This document shows, piece after piece, positions 26,205 to 39,384 of a stretch of 64,000 bases of DNA. The translations under genes and the position numbers were made by a program. The DNA comes from Mustelus asterias (lineage: Eukaryota). The DNA lies in NCBI RefSeq assembly GCF_964213995.1, contig NC_135808.1, positions 31,000,001 to 31,064,000 on the forward strand, written 5' to 3'. Every line of letters starts with the position of its first letter. The first letter of the stretch is position 1. The notes below the pieces were generated by a model that saw only the letters and a list, made by a program, of their open reading frames with translations, had not been told where the DNA came from and searched no databases.

Positions 26205-26478
26205 TTTTTTAAAGTATTCGTGTCACAAGTAGGCTTACATTAACACTGCAATGAAGTTTCTGTGAAAATCCCATGGTCGCCTGTCCGGGTCCGCTGAGGG
26301 AGAATTTAACATGGCCAGCGCACCGAACCAGCACGTCTTTTGGAATCTGGGAGGAAACTGGAGCATCCGGAGGAAACCCACGCAAACAAGGAGAATCTGC
26401 AGACTGCACACAGACAGTGATCCAAGCTGGGAAACGAACACGGCTCCCTGGCTTTGTGAGGCAGGGTGTGCCACTGTG
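26205..26478 (-). mobile_element. V-SINE
   Basis: Reverse complement of the 12480-12745 family. Confidence 0.8.
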
Positions 26479-27739
26479 TTGGTGAAAAGACTGTTGTGGA
26501 TGTTGTCAACTTTTTAAAGAAGTTTGACAAAGTGACACATTAAAGGGTGGTTTACAAAATTGAGGCCGATGGAATAGGAGGATTTAAAAAAGAGAGATAA
26601 TTAGACAGAAAACAGTGAGTCGATGGAGATTTTTTTCATCTTTGAATCTCGTCGATCGTAGTGTTTCCAAAGTGCCAGTGCTGGAACCACTGCTGTTGTT
26701 TTGCTATTTATAAATGACTTAGATGGTGGAATATGGAGACAAATTATAAACTTTGCCAATTATACCAAACGTGTAAGAGTAGCATATAATGAGAAAGATG
26801 CCTGAAACATAGCATAGATAGGACGGCAGAGTGGGCAGCCAAATATCTAACTAAATACTGAAAAGTGTGCAATGATGCAATTTGGCAGAATGGATGCTGT
26901 GACGTGATATAGACTTGGTGGTGCAGTTCTTAAGAGTGCCAATTGACATTGATCTTTGAAGGTGGAAAATATACTCAGAGTGAACATCAAGGCACATGGG
27001 ACCTATATTTCAGAACAGGACTGAACTGGCAAATCAGGTGAAGGGCTAAGTCAACAGAGATGCAGTGGTGGACATTTAAGGGGATATTTCAGACTACACG
27101 GAATAGATACAATCCAATGACAAAGAGAAATTCGAAGTGACGGACTGCTAACCAAAAAGAAATAAAGCAAGTATGAAAGTTAGAGAAAAGCATAGAATTA
27201 CACAAAGATCAGGGGCAGGAGGAAGATTGGACTAAATATTAAAAAAGGTAAATTATGACTGAATTTTAATAAGGGATATTAGTAGAAGAGCTTGAAATAT
27301 GAAAAGATAGTAAGATCTTGTCTTTTTATATTTAAATAATAAGAAAAGTGGTCCAATAAATAGTGTGGGAACTGATAATGGAAAATAAAGAGATGGCAGA
27401 TGTATTTGGCATCGGCCTTCACTGTCGAGGATACAAGTAACATCCCAGGGATAGCTGTCAATCCGAAAATGGGAGGGAGGAAGTGAAGAAGATTACAATT
27501 GTGCGCTGAGCAAGCTGTTGGAGCTGCAGCATGATGATTTCCCAGATGCTGGCGGATTTCATCCTAATGTCTTAAAGGAAGTGACGATGAGATAGTTGAT
27601 GCATTGATTTTAGCTTTTCAAATTCCCTAGATTTGTGGAAGGTAGCATTAGATTGGAAAATAGCCAATGTAACACCTTTTCATCTAAAGGGCAGGGTGAC
27701 AAAGAAAAATCTGTAATACAGTTGTCATCACAGAAGTTA

Positions 27740-29530
27740 TAAGAACATAAGAACTAGGAGCAGGAGTGGGCCATCTGGCCCCTCGAGCCTGCTCCGCCAT
27801 TCAATAAGATCATGGCTGATCTTTTCGTGGACTCAGCTCCACTTACCCGCCCGCTCATCATAACCCTTGATTCCTTTACTGTTCAAAAATTTATCTATCC
27901 TTGCCTTAAAAACATTCAATGAGGTAGCCTCAACTGCTTCACTGGGCAGGGAATTCCACAGATTCACAACCCTTTGTGTGAAGTTCCTCCTCAACTCAGT
28001 CCTAAATCTGCTTCCCCTTATTTTGAGGCTATGCCCCCTAGTTTTAGTTTCATCTGCCAGTGGAAACAACTTCCTTGCTTCTATCTTATCTATTCCCTTC
28101 ATAATCTTATATTTCTATAAGACCTCCCCTCATTCTTCTGAATTCCAATGAGTATATCCTCAGTCTACTCAGTCTCTCCTCATAAGCCAACCCTCTCAAC
28201 TCCGGATTCAACCTAATGAATCTCCTCTGCACCCCCTCCAGTGCCAGTATATCCTTTCTCAAGTAAGGAGACCAAATTTGTGCACAGTACTCCAGGTGTG
28301 GCCTCACCAGCACCTTATACAGCTGCAACATAATCTCGCTGTTTTTAAACTCCATCCCTCTAGCAATGAAGGATAAAATTACATTTGCCGCCTTAATTAC
28401 CTGCAAACCGACTCCTTGAGATTCCTGCATAAGGACACCTCTGCACAGCAACATGTTGCAATTTTTTACCATTTAAATAATAGTCCATTTTGCTGCTGTT
28501 CCTACCAAAATGGATGACCTCACATTTACCAACATTGTACTCCATCTGCCAGACCCTCGTCCATTCACTTAGATTATCTATATCCTTTTGCAGACTTTCA
28601 GCGTCCTCTACACACTTTGCTCTTCCACCCATCTTAGTGTCATCTGCGAATTTTGGCACATTAAACTTGGTCCCCAACTCCAAATCATCTATGTAAATCA
28701 TAAACAATTGCGGTCCCAACTGCACATGTAATGTTCTCAAAGAATTCCACCAAATTAGTCAAACATGACCGGCCCTTTATGAATCCATGCTCCGTCTTAC
28801 CAATGGGACAATTTGTATCCAGATGTCTTGGTATTACTTCCTTGATGATAGATTCAAGCATTTTCCCTGCTACAGAAGTTAAGCTAACCGGCCTATAGTT
28901 ACCTGCCTTTTGTCTTCCCCCTTTTTTAAACAGTGGCGTCACATTTGCTGTTTTCCAGTCTGCTGGAACCACCCCAGAGTCCAGCGAATTTTGATAAATT
29001 ACCACTAGTGCATTTGCTATTTCTCCCGCCATCTCTTTCAGTACCCTGGGATGCATTCCATCAGGACCAGGAGACTTGTCTACCTTTAGCCCCATTAACA
29101 CTACCTCTTTCGTGATAATGATAGTTTCTAGGTTCTCACCTGCCATAGCCTTCCTGTCATCAGGTTTTGGCATGTTATTTGTGTCTTCCACTGAAGACTG
29201 ACACAAAATACCTGTTCAATGCCTCAGCCATTTTCTCATTTCCAGTTATTACATCCCCTTCTTGTCCTTTAAAGGACCAATGTTTACTTTCGCCACTCTT
29301 TTTTTTATATAGTTGTAGAAAATTTGCTATCTGTTATATTCTTAGCTAGTTTACACTCATAATCCATCTGACCTTTCTTTATAGCTTTTTTCGTTGCTTT
29401 CTGCTGACCTTTAAAGATTTCCCAATCCTCTAGGTTCCCACTAATCTTTGCCACTTTGTATGCATTTTCCTTCAATTTGACACCCTGCTTTATTTCCTTT
29501 GATATCCATGGCTGATTATCTATTTTTCTA
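27740..29530 (-). mobile_element. CR1 LINE, 5'-truncated with an internal deletion
   Basis: ORFs 28685-29206 (KSPGPDGMHP, NYRPVSLTS), 28393-28740 (FADDTK) and 27833-28102; (AAGAACAT) tail. Confidence 0.9.
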
Positions 29531-29841
29531 CAGTACAGAAGGAAACTGTTAGAACAAATTATTGAAGTCATCTTGCAGAGCACTTAAAGTGCTAGATTAT
29601 CTGAGAGTCAACATGGTTTTGTGAGAAGGAAATCAATTTGACCAATTTATTGGAGTTCTTGGAAAGAATAGCATGTGTTGTGGATCAAGGGGAGCCAGTC
29701 GATGTGCAGTTCTTAAATTTCCAGAAATAATTTGACAAGTTGCCATATCAAAGATTATTATGGAAATAAAAACTCATGGGGTAGGTAGTAACATATGGGC
29801 ATGCATAGAAAATTAGCTAGCTGACAGGAATCAGTGCGTTT

Positions 29842-30175
29842 GGGTGGCATGGTGGCACAGTGGTTAGCACTGCTGCCTCACAGTGCCAGGGACCCAAATT
29901 CAATTCCGGCCTTGGATGACTGTCTGTGTGGTGTTTGCACATTCTCCCTGTGTCTGCATGGGTTTCCTCCTGGTGTGCTGATTTCCTCCCACAGTCCAAA
30001 GATGTGTGGTTTAGATGGATTGGCCATGTTAAATTGCCACTTAGCAACCCAAGATGCATACATTACAGGGATTAGTGGGGTAAATAAATGGGGTACGAGG
30101 GCAGGGCCCAGGTGGGATCCTCTGTCAGAGTTGGTGCAGACTCATAGTCCAAATGACCACCTTCTGTACTGTAGG
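29842..30175 (+). mobile_element. V-SINE
   Basis: A box, V core, CR1-like tail. Confidence 0.85.
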
Positions 30176-31274
30176 CATACTACCAACGTATCATTTTCTG
30201 ATTGACAAGATGGAACGATTGGTGTGCCATAGCGATCAATACTGGGCCTCAAACTTCCACAATTTAAGTAAATTGCTTGGATGAAGGAACCAAAGGTACG
30301 GTTGCTAAACTTGCTGGTAAAACAAAAAGGTAGGAAAGTGAATTGCAAAGGGGACATAGCAGGCTACAAAGGGATGTAAAGTTGTTAACTGGGTTGGCAA
30401 AGAGTAGGCAATTAGAGTATCATGTAGAAAAATGTGAAATTGTCCATTTTGGCAGGAGAAATATAAAAGGAGCAAGTTACTTAAATGAGAGATTGCAGAG
30501 GGATTTGGGTGTGCTAGCATATAAATCATGAAAGCTTAACGTGCAAATATTGCAAATAATTGAGAAAACTAATAGGATGCTGTGCTTTATTGTGAGTAGA
30601 ATTTAATATGAATGTAAGCAGGTTATGCTTCAGTTGTACAGGCTATTGTGAGACAGCATTTGGAGTATTATGTACAATATTGGTCACCTTCTTCAAGGAA
30701 AGGTGTAAACAAAATCAGTTCAGAGGTTTTATGAGACTGACATCGAGAATGGACACTTTTCCTTTGTAGGAAAGTTAGACAGACTAGGCTTAGAACTGAT
30801 CCTTCAAGTCTTTGGGGATTGACTGGATTGTACTTCAGGGAACTAACAGGAACTTGATGGGCTAAAGTATCTCTGTACTGTAAAGATTTCTGGCTCTAGA
30901 AGTGTTGTTTTTGAAATATTGACAAATAGAGCTTGAGAGAATTTGTAAACAAGTTGTTAATTTTATGAAGATACTGCAATAAAATATGAATTCATTGATT
31001 TGTCTAAAGTTGCCTGAAGGGAAAAGATAATAAATGAGAGCTCGATTTCAGTATCAGGACACCTTTTTAGATTTTTTTTCGTGGTAATTCCAGCACTAAA
31101 TGTTTCGCGAATGGTTAAATAGTTATGTTCCCTCAGAATTTCTCCTTTTAACTAGGCAGAGGGTAAATGTTTTGAGTGAAGAAAAACTCCAGACTAATTG
31201 TTGCAATTTATCATGTGCAATTTATTTTTTCAAATCTATATTGCTGATTTATTTCACTGCTTCTGCAATTTCAG

Positions 31275-32173
31275 CCAACCTTTTAACCATTGTGATCCTT
31301 TCCCGGGGGAAATGTGGCCTCTCCAAATGCATCACTGTTTACTTGGTTTCCATGGCAGCGACAGATCTACTTGTCCTGATTGTTGACGTGATCCTGTATG
31401 AGATGAATGAAATCTATTTTCCAGATTCCTTCCTGGACATCACTCCTGTCTGCAGTCTGAATTTCTTCTTAATTTTTGCTTCTATTGAATGTTCCGTCTG
31501 GCTAACTGTAGCTTTCACCTTTGACCGATTTGTTGCCATTTGTTGGCAAAAATTAAGAACACAATATTGCACTGAAAAAACTGCGGGAGTGGTTGTAGCG
31601 ACAATATGTGGGCTGAGCATTCTGGAAAACTTCCCGATTTACTTTACGTTTAAACCTAGCATAATAATCGACAATGTATTATGGTTCTGCAATGTAAAGT
31701 TAAGCCTCTATACTGAACCTATATGGGTTACATTTTTGTGGGTTGACATCGCTTTAATGCCTTTTATTCCCTTCCTCTTGATTCTGATGCTCAATGGCCT
31801 GACCATCAGGCACATTGTGCTGACAAGCAAGATTAGAAGAAGTCTCCGGAACAGTGACAACGACCCAGAAATGGACAACCGGAGGAAATCCATTGTTTTA
31901 CTGTTGGCCATATCTGGCAGCTTTATACTATTATGGTTGGTAACTTTTATTCATTATATCTGTGTACAGATTATGGAAATTCAATACCTGCACACAGACT
32001 ATAGTAATCCTTTCACCATTATGGAGCAAACAGGATATATGCTGCAGCATTTGAGTTCCTGCTCAAATACCATTATTTACGCAGTGTCCCAGACTAAATT
32101 CAGAGAGGAGTTAAAGAACCTGTTTAAATATCCAGTAACTCTAATTATTAAGAGAAATGATGTTATGCTCTGA
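31275..32173 (+). CDS. GPR139-like orphan class A GPCR, coding exon 2 (TM1b-TM7 and C-tail); spliced product 322 aa
   Basis: Acceptor gcaatttcag at 31274; NLLTIVILSRGKCGLSKCITVYLVSMAATDLLV; TM3 Cys and SVWLTVAFTFDRFVAIC; ECL2 Cys (WFC); TM5 PFIPF; TM7 SSCSNTIIY; helix 8 FREEL. 70+899=969 nt open to TGA. The first 58 aa of ORF 31100 are intronic. Confidence 0.93.
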
Positions 32174-32589
32174 GTTTAACAATAGCTGTCTAATTAAAGT
32201 GACACATACTTCCACTTTAATTGTGCAAAATAGACAAGAGCGGATCAGATATGCTACTCCACGTAATTCTCGTTTTCATGACGTGCAAAGTCGGGTGGAA
32301 TGCCTAATAAGCGACCAATCTGTTGACCCCGATCGAGTGGAACATTCCTCTCTGGAAAACGTGGAATCAATGGACCGAAAGTTTGCAGTTATGCCCCACT
32401 CTGATGTTTAACATTTTCACTTCAAGTGTTCCCTGAATCCATTCGCAGCTTGCAACATTTTAACAGTTCCACTTGACTTTCTGGAGATGCCTTTGCTCAC
32501 TTGCCTGGTGTCTCAAACACATTTTGCATAGTGGCCAGAAGTTAAGCCACGCGTATTGTACTAATTCCCATTGTAATCGTAGAGTTAGC

Positions 32590-32897
32590 AGTAGAACCAT
32601 AGAAACCCTACAGTGCAGAAAGAGGCCATTTGGCCCATCGAGTCTACACCGACCACAATCCCACCCGGCCCTACCCCCATGTCCCTACATATTTACCCTC
32701 TAACCTATGCATCTCAGGACACGAAGGGGCAATTTTTAGCATGGCCAATCAACCTAACCGGTGCATCTTTGGACTGTGGGAGGAAACCGGAGCGCCGGGA
32801 GAATGTGCAAACTCCACACAGTGATCCAAGCTGGGAATCGAACTCGGGTCCCTGGAGCTATGAAGCAGTAGTGATAACCACTGCTACCGTGCCGTCC
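32590..32897 (-). mobile_element. V-SINE
   Basis: Reverse complement of the 21909-22212 family. Confidence 0.8.
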
Positions 32898-33145
32898 ATA
32901 GAAGTGTCACATTGGCATTGCCCCCTCTCAGTTATAGGGCTGAATTGATCTTCGGGTATTGTGGACGCAGCTGGTGAACTGAGTCTGTGGAAAGGATGAT
33001 ATCCCCGCTGTACATCCAATGATTTAATAGAATTCCCATATCCAATGTTCCAGCACGCAAGAGAAGACTGTTATATCAGACCAATGTTCAAGCTTCTGCT
33101 AATAAGGAATGTATCAATATTCACAAAACATATTTTAATTGCCAG

Positions 33146-33974
33146 TGTTGTAGGGAAATATCCCTTTACCAGTGCAGAATAGAAGTTGAGTCGCAAATCA
33201 AGGTTCAAAGCGTGTCTTTATTGTACAATTACTGGGATCCCAGGGAGACCCCCGTAGCCAGCTCAGAAACAGTGGCTTGGCCACGTTGATCTCAATTAAA
33301 TCACATCAGCTCTGGATCTTTATAGGGATCCAAAATTCGCGCGGGAACATTTGATTATGCCTTTTTTTACACAATGTATAAAGTGGTCTGTCAGTTTCAA
33401 AAAGTCCCTAGGAAGTTTCATGGATTAGCATTTGTATGGTGTGTGTTCGTGTTAATGGGATTACTTGGTCCTGCCCCGGTGTCTAAATGCGTTTCCCATT
33501 ACCATCTCTATGTGTCCTCTTATTTAAATTGATCCTATTGTTCCGTGTCTGTGTTTCCTGCTTGTGAGATTGAGTGTTAATGTCATCCTGTCCTGTTGGG
33601 TGTCTGGGGTATTTCATTCTTAACCTTTTATCCTTATCTCTTAGTTTATCAGATTTTTATGTCTGCCTTGGCCGAATTGGTAATATTTCAGTGATAGCTT
33701 GGTTTTGATAACCCACTCTCTGTCTCGTTTCATAGGGATCTTGATCGTCCTTGGCCAGTTTAAAATGCAGCTATGCGCTGTTGCTAGGCAGATTAGGGAT
33801 CTTCCGTAGTTTCTGAAATTCGTGAGTCTCTCAGCTGTGCAGGGGGAGACCCGATCGAATATCCATCCGGGGGTGCCCCTCTGCATTGTTGGCCCGTTAT
33901 GAGTGGTGCCAATTAGTCCAATAAAAATATGTTTGATGATACAAATATGGTTTTCTGGAAAATTTCCTCCTTCA
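33146..33974 (-). mobile_element. Solo LTR (829 bp), probably ERV-type
   Basis: TG...CA termini (minus strand TGAAGGAGG...CTACAACA); 4-bp TSD CCAG at 33142-33145 and 33975-33978; minus-strand TATAAA (33324-33319) followed by AATAAA (33222-33217). Confidence 0.78.
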
Positions 33975-34781
33975 CCAGAAATGCATTAATTCCGCATTGT
34001 GCTCATGTAATATGTAGCAGCAGTTTATACAATTGTAGATTTGAATTTGCAATGTTTCCTTCAATATTAAGGGAAGGAATAATCGTTAATAAAATGATGG
34101 AAGCATAAAGCGTGTGCTACGTGTTTATACAAGTGCCCTCGATTATGTCATAAAACGATTGATTTTCTGATTACTTTCAATGTGTCCTTGGTTCCAATTC
34201 AACTCTGCCGTTTAATCCTCTCGCAGGTATTGCTTAGACAGCATTGTACTCTAGAAAATGAAAAATAAGTGTTAGACAGTATCGGGGTGATTGCGCGGAG
34301 CAGTGTAATGAATGAAGTCATGTCTATTTCCAATTTTTGATGGTTCAGCGAGATAGCTCTTTAGTTAACTGCACCAGTGTGATTACCAAAGTGGTCGCTT
34401 CCCAATCTTTCAGTCAATTCGATCAAGCTGTTCAGTTTAGCACATTCTTCTGTGAGAATATGTCTGAGATCGTGCTAAGTGGGGATAACTGAAACGTAGG
34501 CGAACATAATGCCCTGTGAAGACTCTGTCAGCTAACACCCTGAGGTGGCCGCACATTTGCGAACAAGTTGATACTCTACCCCTTTTGGACCCGGCAATGT
34601 TGATCATAATTCTCCCCACCACAACCAGAACATCAGGCCCTTCCCACTTCCATTGTCTATGCCATCAACCCCAATGTCAGTCATCATTTGGAACACTTGT
34701 CCACTCCTCCATCAACCGAGTCCCTAACTATCGCCCACAACCCTGACTCGCCCTTTCCAGTTACATGTCTCCATGCAAAGT

Positions 34782-35178
34782 CATGATGTGGAGATGCCGG
34801 TGTTGGACTGGGGTAAACACAGTAAGAAGTTTAACAACACCAGGTTAAAGTCCAACAGGTTTATTTGGTAGCAAAAGCCACACAAGCTTTCGGAGCTCTT
34901 AGCCCCTTCTTCAGGTGAGTGGGAATTCTGTTCACAAACAGAGCTTATAAAGACACAGACTCAACCGGGATATTGGGTTCATGTCACACTATTTGTAACT
35001 CCCACAGTTGCGTGGACCTGCAGAGTTTCACTGGCTGTCTTGTCTGGAGACAATACACATCTTTTTAGCCTGTCTTGATGCTCTCTCCACTCCCATTGTT
35101 TCGTTTCTTAAAGACTTGATTAGTTGTAAGTATTCGCATTCCAACCATTATTCATGTAAATTGAGTCTATAACTTCTT
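34782..35178. mobile_element. Truncated Penelope-like element with an inverted pseudo-LTR
   Basis: 12-bp TSD TCCATGCAAAGT (34770-34781 and 35179-35190); pLTR on - at 34782-34965; ORF C-terminus RDIGFMSHYL* and 3' UTR on +. Confidence 0.88.
34881..34917 (-). ncRNA. Minimal type I hammerhead ribozyme (Penelope pLTR)
   Basis: Minus strand CAC-CTGAAGA-A-GGGGCT-AAG-AGCTCC-GAAA-GCTT-GTG: core boxes, stems I and II, palindromic AAGCTT stem III. Confidence 0.8.
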
Positions 35179-35199
35179 TCCATGCAAAGTGCCACTTAC

Positions 35200-35548
35200 A
35201 GATAGAAACTAGAAGCAGGACTAGGCCATTTGGCCATTCGAGCCTACTTGGCCATTAGTTTTGATCATGGCTGATCATATTGAATATCCTGATCTTCCCC
35301 TCCCCCCCCTCCCCCCTCCCCCCCCCCTCCCCCCTCCCCCCTCCATATCCCGCGATCCCTTTCGCTCCTAGGGGGAACTATATCGAATTTCTTCTTGAAA
35401 TCAGAATGTTTTGATCTCACCTACATTCGGTGGTAGTGAATTCCACATATTCACCACCCTCTGGGTGAAGAAATATCTCCTCACCTCACTTCTAAAAGGT
35501 TTATCCCTTAACCTCAAGCTATGGCCCCTAGTCCCGGACTCCCCCAAC
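35200..35548 (-). mobile_element. CR1 3' fragment with an expanded C-rich tract
   Basis: TRGHSLRLRDKPFRSEVRRYFFTQRVVNMWNSLP; C-rich run at about 35297-35345. Confidence 0.8.
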
Positions 35549-36364
35549 CCATTTGGCTGCTGCCCCGCACAGATTTCGATACGGAAAACCCTTGGGCTGA
35601 GACACAACTGCACAAATTTGAAGATGAGCCTCGTCACCTTTCTTTCCTCAATAAAGCTTATGTTAACGGAAACAGAGTTGGACAGACTTTTTTATCATTT
35701 CAAGGTGCATGCCGCATTGAAGTGAGCATGAGTCAGATGCCAAGGGATTTTCATCGGCCACTCGCTTTACCTCGCAGGAGTACGTTTTCTTTTTAAAGTT
35801 CAACTTGAATGAATAGTCACGGCATACAAATCTAATACCAGTGCAAACCCGCCACACGGTGGCATAGGGCCCAACACGTCCATTGGGGTAATTTGCAGGG
35901 ATTAAGTCAAAGTCCAGAAATTCAAAGGCTGCATCCCACCTAATTCAGTGGCCCTGCACTGCACTGTTCCCCCTCCTGGGGGCGCCTTGAAATATACCTC
36001 CACCACACTTTCCGCTCGTGCATTCCAATCTTAAAATGATTGAAAATGTTTCCTTGTGTTGCCGTTCGTTTATTTAACCTTACATTGGTGTCCTCTGGTT
36101 TTCAACCCATTCATAATGGGAACAGTTTCTCCCGATCAAACTGTCTGGATACAGCATGTGTTTGAACATTTCTACGAAACGGCCTCTTCATTCTTCATTT
36201 GGAACAAGATAGTTTCTCCAAGCTATCAACATAGCGGCAGTGCATCAATCTTGGAACCATGCTTGCAACTCTCGCTTAAGCTGTGACATCCATCCTAAAG
36301 TGCGGTGCTTAGAACTGGTTAAAGTACTCCAGCTGCAGGCGAACAAGGTTTTTTTATATATATA

Positions 36365-37543
36365 AATCATAGAATCTTGTGCAGAAGGAGGCCATTCCGC
36401 CCATCGAGTCTTCACCGACCACAACCCAACCAAGCCCTATTTCCAGAACCACATGCATTTACCCTCGCTAATCCCCCTGACACTAGGGCCAAATTTATCA
36501 TAGCCAATCCTCCTAACCTGAACAAACAGTACAGCACAGGAAAAAGGCCCTTCGGCCCTCCAAGCCTGTGCCGCTCCTTCGTCCAACTAGACCAATCGTT
36601 TGTATCCCTCAATTCCCAGGCTGCTCATGTGACTATCCAGGTAAGTCTTAAACGATGTCAGCGTGTCCGCCTCCACCACCCTACTTGGCAGCGCATTCCA
36701 GGCCCCCACCACCCTGTGTAAAAAAAAAAAACATCCCTCTAATATCTGAGTTATACATCGCCCCTCTCACCTTGAGCCCGTGACCCTGCGTGACCGTCAC
36801 TTCTGATCTGGGAAAAAGCTTCCCACCATTCACCCTATCTATCCCCTTCATAATCTTGTACACCTCTATTTGATCTCCCCTCATTCTCCGTCTTTCCAGG
36901 GAGAACAAACCCAGTTTACCCAATTTCTCCTCATAGCTAAGACCCAGCATACCAGGCAACATCCTGGTAAACCTTCTCTGCACTCTCTCTAATGCCTCCA
37001 CATCCTTCTGGTAGTGCGGCGACCAGAATTGGACACAGTACTCCAAATGTGGCCTAACCTGCGTTCTATACAGCTGCATCATCAGACTCCAGTTTTTATA
37101 CTCTATACCCGTCCTATAAAGGCAAGCATACCATATGCCTTCTTCACCACCTTCTCCACCTGTGTTGCCACCTTCAAGGATTTGTGGACTTGCACACCTA
37201 AGTCCCTCTGTGTTTCTATACTCTTGATGGCTCTGCCATTTATTGTATAACTCCTCCCTACATTATTTCTTCCAAAATGCATCACTTTGCATTTATCTGG
37301 ATTAAATTCCATCTGCCACCTCTCCGCCCAATTTTCCAGCCTATCTATATCCTGCTTTATTGCCCGACATTACTCATCGCTATCCGCAAGCCCAGCATCT
37401 TTGGACTGTAGGAAGAAACCGGAGCACCCAGAGGAAACCCACACAGGCACAGGGAAACAAACAAACTCCACACAGACTGTGAATCGAAACTGGGTCCCTG
37501 GCACTCTGAGGCAGCAGTGTTAACCACTGTGCCACCCTGCCAC
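36365..37543 (-). mobile_element. V-SINE split by a CR1 insertion (SINE 36365-36520 and 37395-37543; CR1 36521-37394)
   Basis: The SINE tail and head halves flank CR1 ORFs 37103-37312 and 36681-37082. Confidence 0.85.
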
Positions 37544-37933
37544 CCACAATGTTCAATCATAACTCTTTTTCTTATTTTTTTTCAGGGGATATGTTGCCCA
37601 TGCCTAATTGCTCTTGAATTATGTAGCCATTTAAAAGGGCAGTTAAAATTTTACCACATTACCTGGTCTGATCCACAGAGATTTATTTCCCTAAACAGCA
37701 TTGGTGAGCCAAATAGGTTTGCATTACAATCAATAGCATCACGGTCACCATTAGGTTTCTCTTAAATTCAAACTTCACCATCCAGTGGGATTCGAATCTA
37801 GGCCCTTGGAGCATTGCCGTGGGTCTAATACCCAATGATGACACCACTTCGCTGCCACCCTGCACAACTCTGCGTTTATTTTCAATCTGCCATGTCACAT
37901 TCAATATCTTGTGCATATGTGAGGCACATGTTT

Positions 37934-38205
37934 GGCTGGCACAGTGGTTAGCACTACTGTCTCACAATGCCAGGGAGCCAGGTTCGATTCCCGGCTTGGG
38001 TCACTGTCTGTGTGGAGTTTGCACATTCTCCCTGTGTCTGAGTAGGTTTCCTCTGGGTGCTCCAGTTCCCTCCCACATTCTGAAAGACGTGCTGGTTAGG
38101 TTCATTGACCCGAACAGGCACCGGGTTGTTGTGACCAGGGGAATTTCGCAGTCACTTCATTGCAGTGTTAATGTCAGCGTTACTTGTGACTAATAAATAA
38201 ACTTT
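37934..38205 (+). mobile_element. V-SINE
   Basis: A box, B box GGTTCGATTCC, V core, taataaataaa tail. Confidence 0.85.
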
Positions 38206-39384
38206 ATGTACTCCAAAGTTTCTCGATTCCAGCACTCCTTTTAACATTTTACGGCTTATTTAATATTGCCATTCACATTCTTCTGACAAAAATATATTTA
38301 ATTTCCACTTCACTGCATTACAATTCATTTGCCTCTGGTTTGCCTATTCGAGAGGCTTCTTCACAACCTTTTAAAGTTTATCCTAACCACCACTGCACTT
38401 CACATTATGTCTGAGCTTTATGGCATTCGCAAATTCTGTAATAAGGACCTACCAGTCACCTCCAGGGAAACCGAAACCTATTCCTCCAGTCTGAATAACA
38501 CAGGCCTGCACTAATACACTCTGATGCCTGCTGCTCAGCTAACTCTGTACCCATACTGGCAATCCCTCTTGTTTTCAATGGGCTTCAGTGCTTCTCAATG
38601 GTGCATCACCAAAAGTCTTTGGAAAGTCTATGTACACAGCCTGAACCAGATGAACAACTGGGCCTTCTCCCTGGGAACAGAAATCTCTATATCATGAGAA
38701 ACAGCCTGCTTCAGCACGTGCTTACTGGGATGCCTTTTGAGAGATGCACATGCCAGGTGGCTACCTAACTGCCTTCAGACCCATTACTGACCCTGTCCCC
38801 ATAAAAGGGCAATTTTTCCCTTTCATGAGACTGTGCCTCATCCCCAGCATTGGGAATGATGCGATTTGAACCCATGTCCCCGGAACATTACCCTGCAACT
38901 CTGGAATATTATTCTCATGATATTACTGGTACACTGCCATCTCCCCCTAAACAATCACAGCAGCACTCAAGCCTACAATTTTCTGATGGAATCACTTGAT
39001 CACCAAAAATAGGCCCCTTATCCATTAGGCCATACCACCACCAGATAAGTATGTGCCAATGTTTCTGCAAAGGCAGGCAGATGCCAAAATCAACAGTCCA
39101 GCCACCGATATTTGAAAATAAATCCACGAGCAACTATCTTGTTAGCAAACCGAAAGGCAACACAGCCCATTGCAGAGGCAGGCTCGTGAGATTAAGAAAG
39201 TCGTTAGTTCAAATAATTATTGAAAGGTCAGTAAGGAAGGGAAACACATCATTCTGAAGTGCCTTGTGTGTATCGAAGGCACCGTCCAAGATAATACCCT
39301 CCTCTCCAGCCTCCCCACCCCTCACTGTCCCTCCCCCCACCACACACACACACATAGCAGCACCACAATTTGTGCTTTGCCCTA

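Larger units (their letters stand above)
26490..30900 (+). mobile_element. Cluster of old plus-strand CR1 ORF2 fragments, interrupted by a younger CR1 and a SINE
   Basis: Decayed RT-region sequence at 26490-27740 and 29530-30900; ORF 30343-30531 YHVEKCEIVHFGRRN. Confidence 0.65.

Noticed and set aside
31100-31274. N-terminal 58 aa of the 357-aa ORF taken as the GPCR N-terminus
   Set aside because: It is intron read-through: there is a good acceptor at 31274 and a family-typical exon 1 at 24825-24894.
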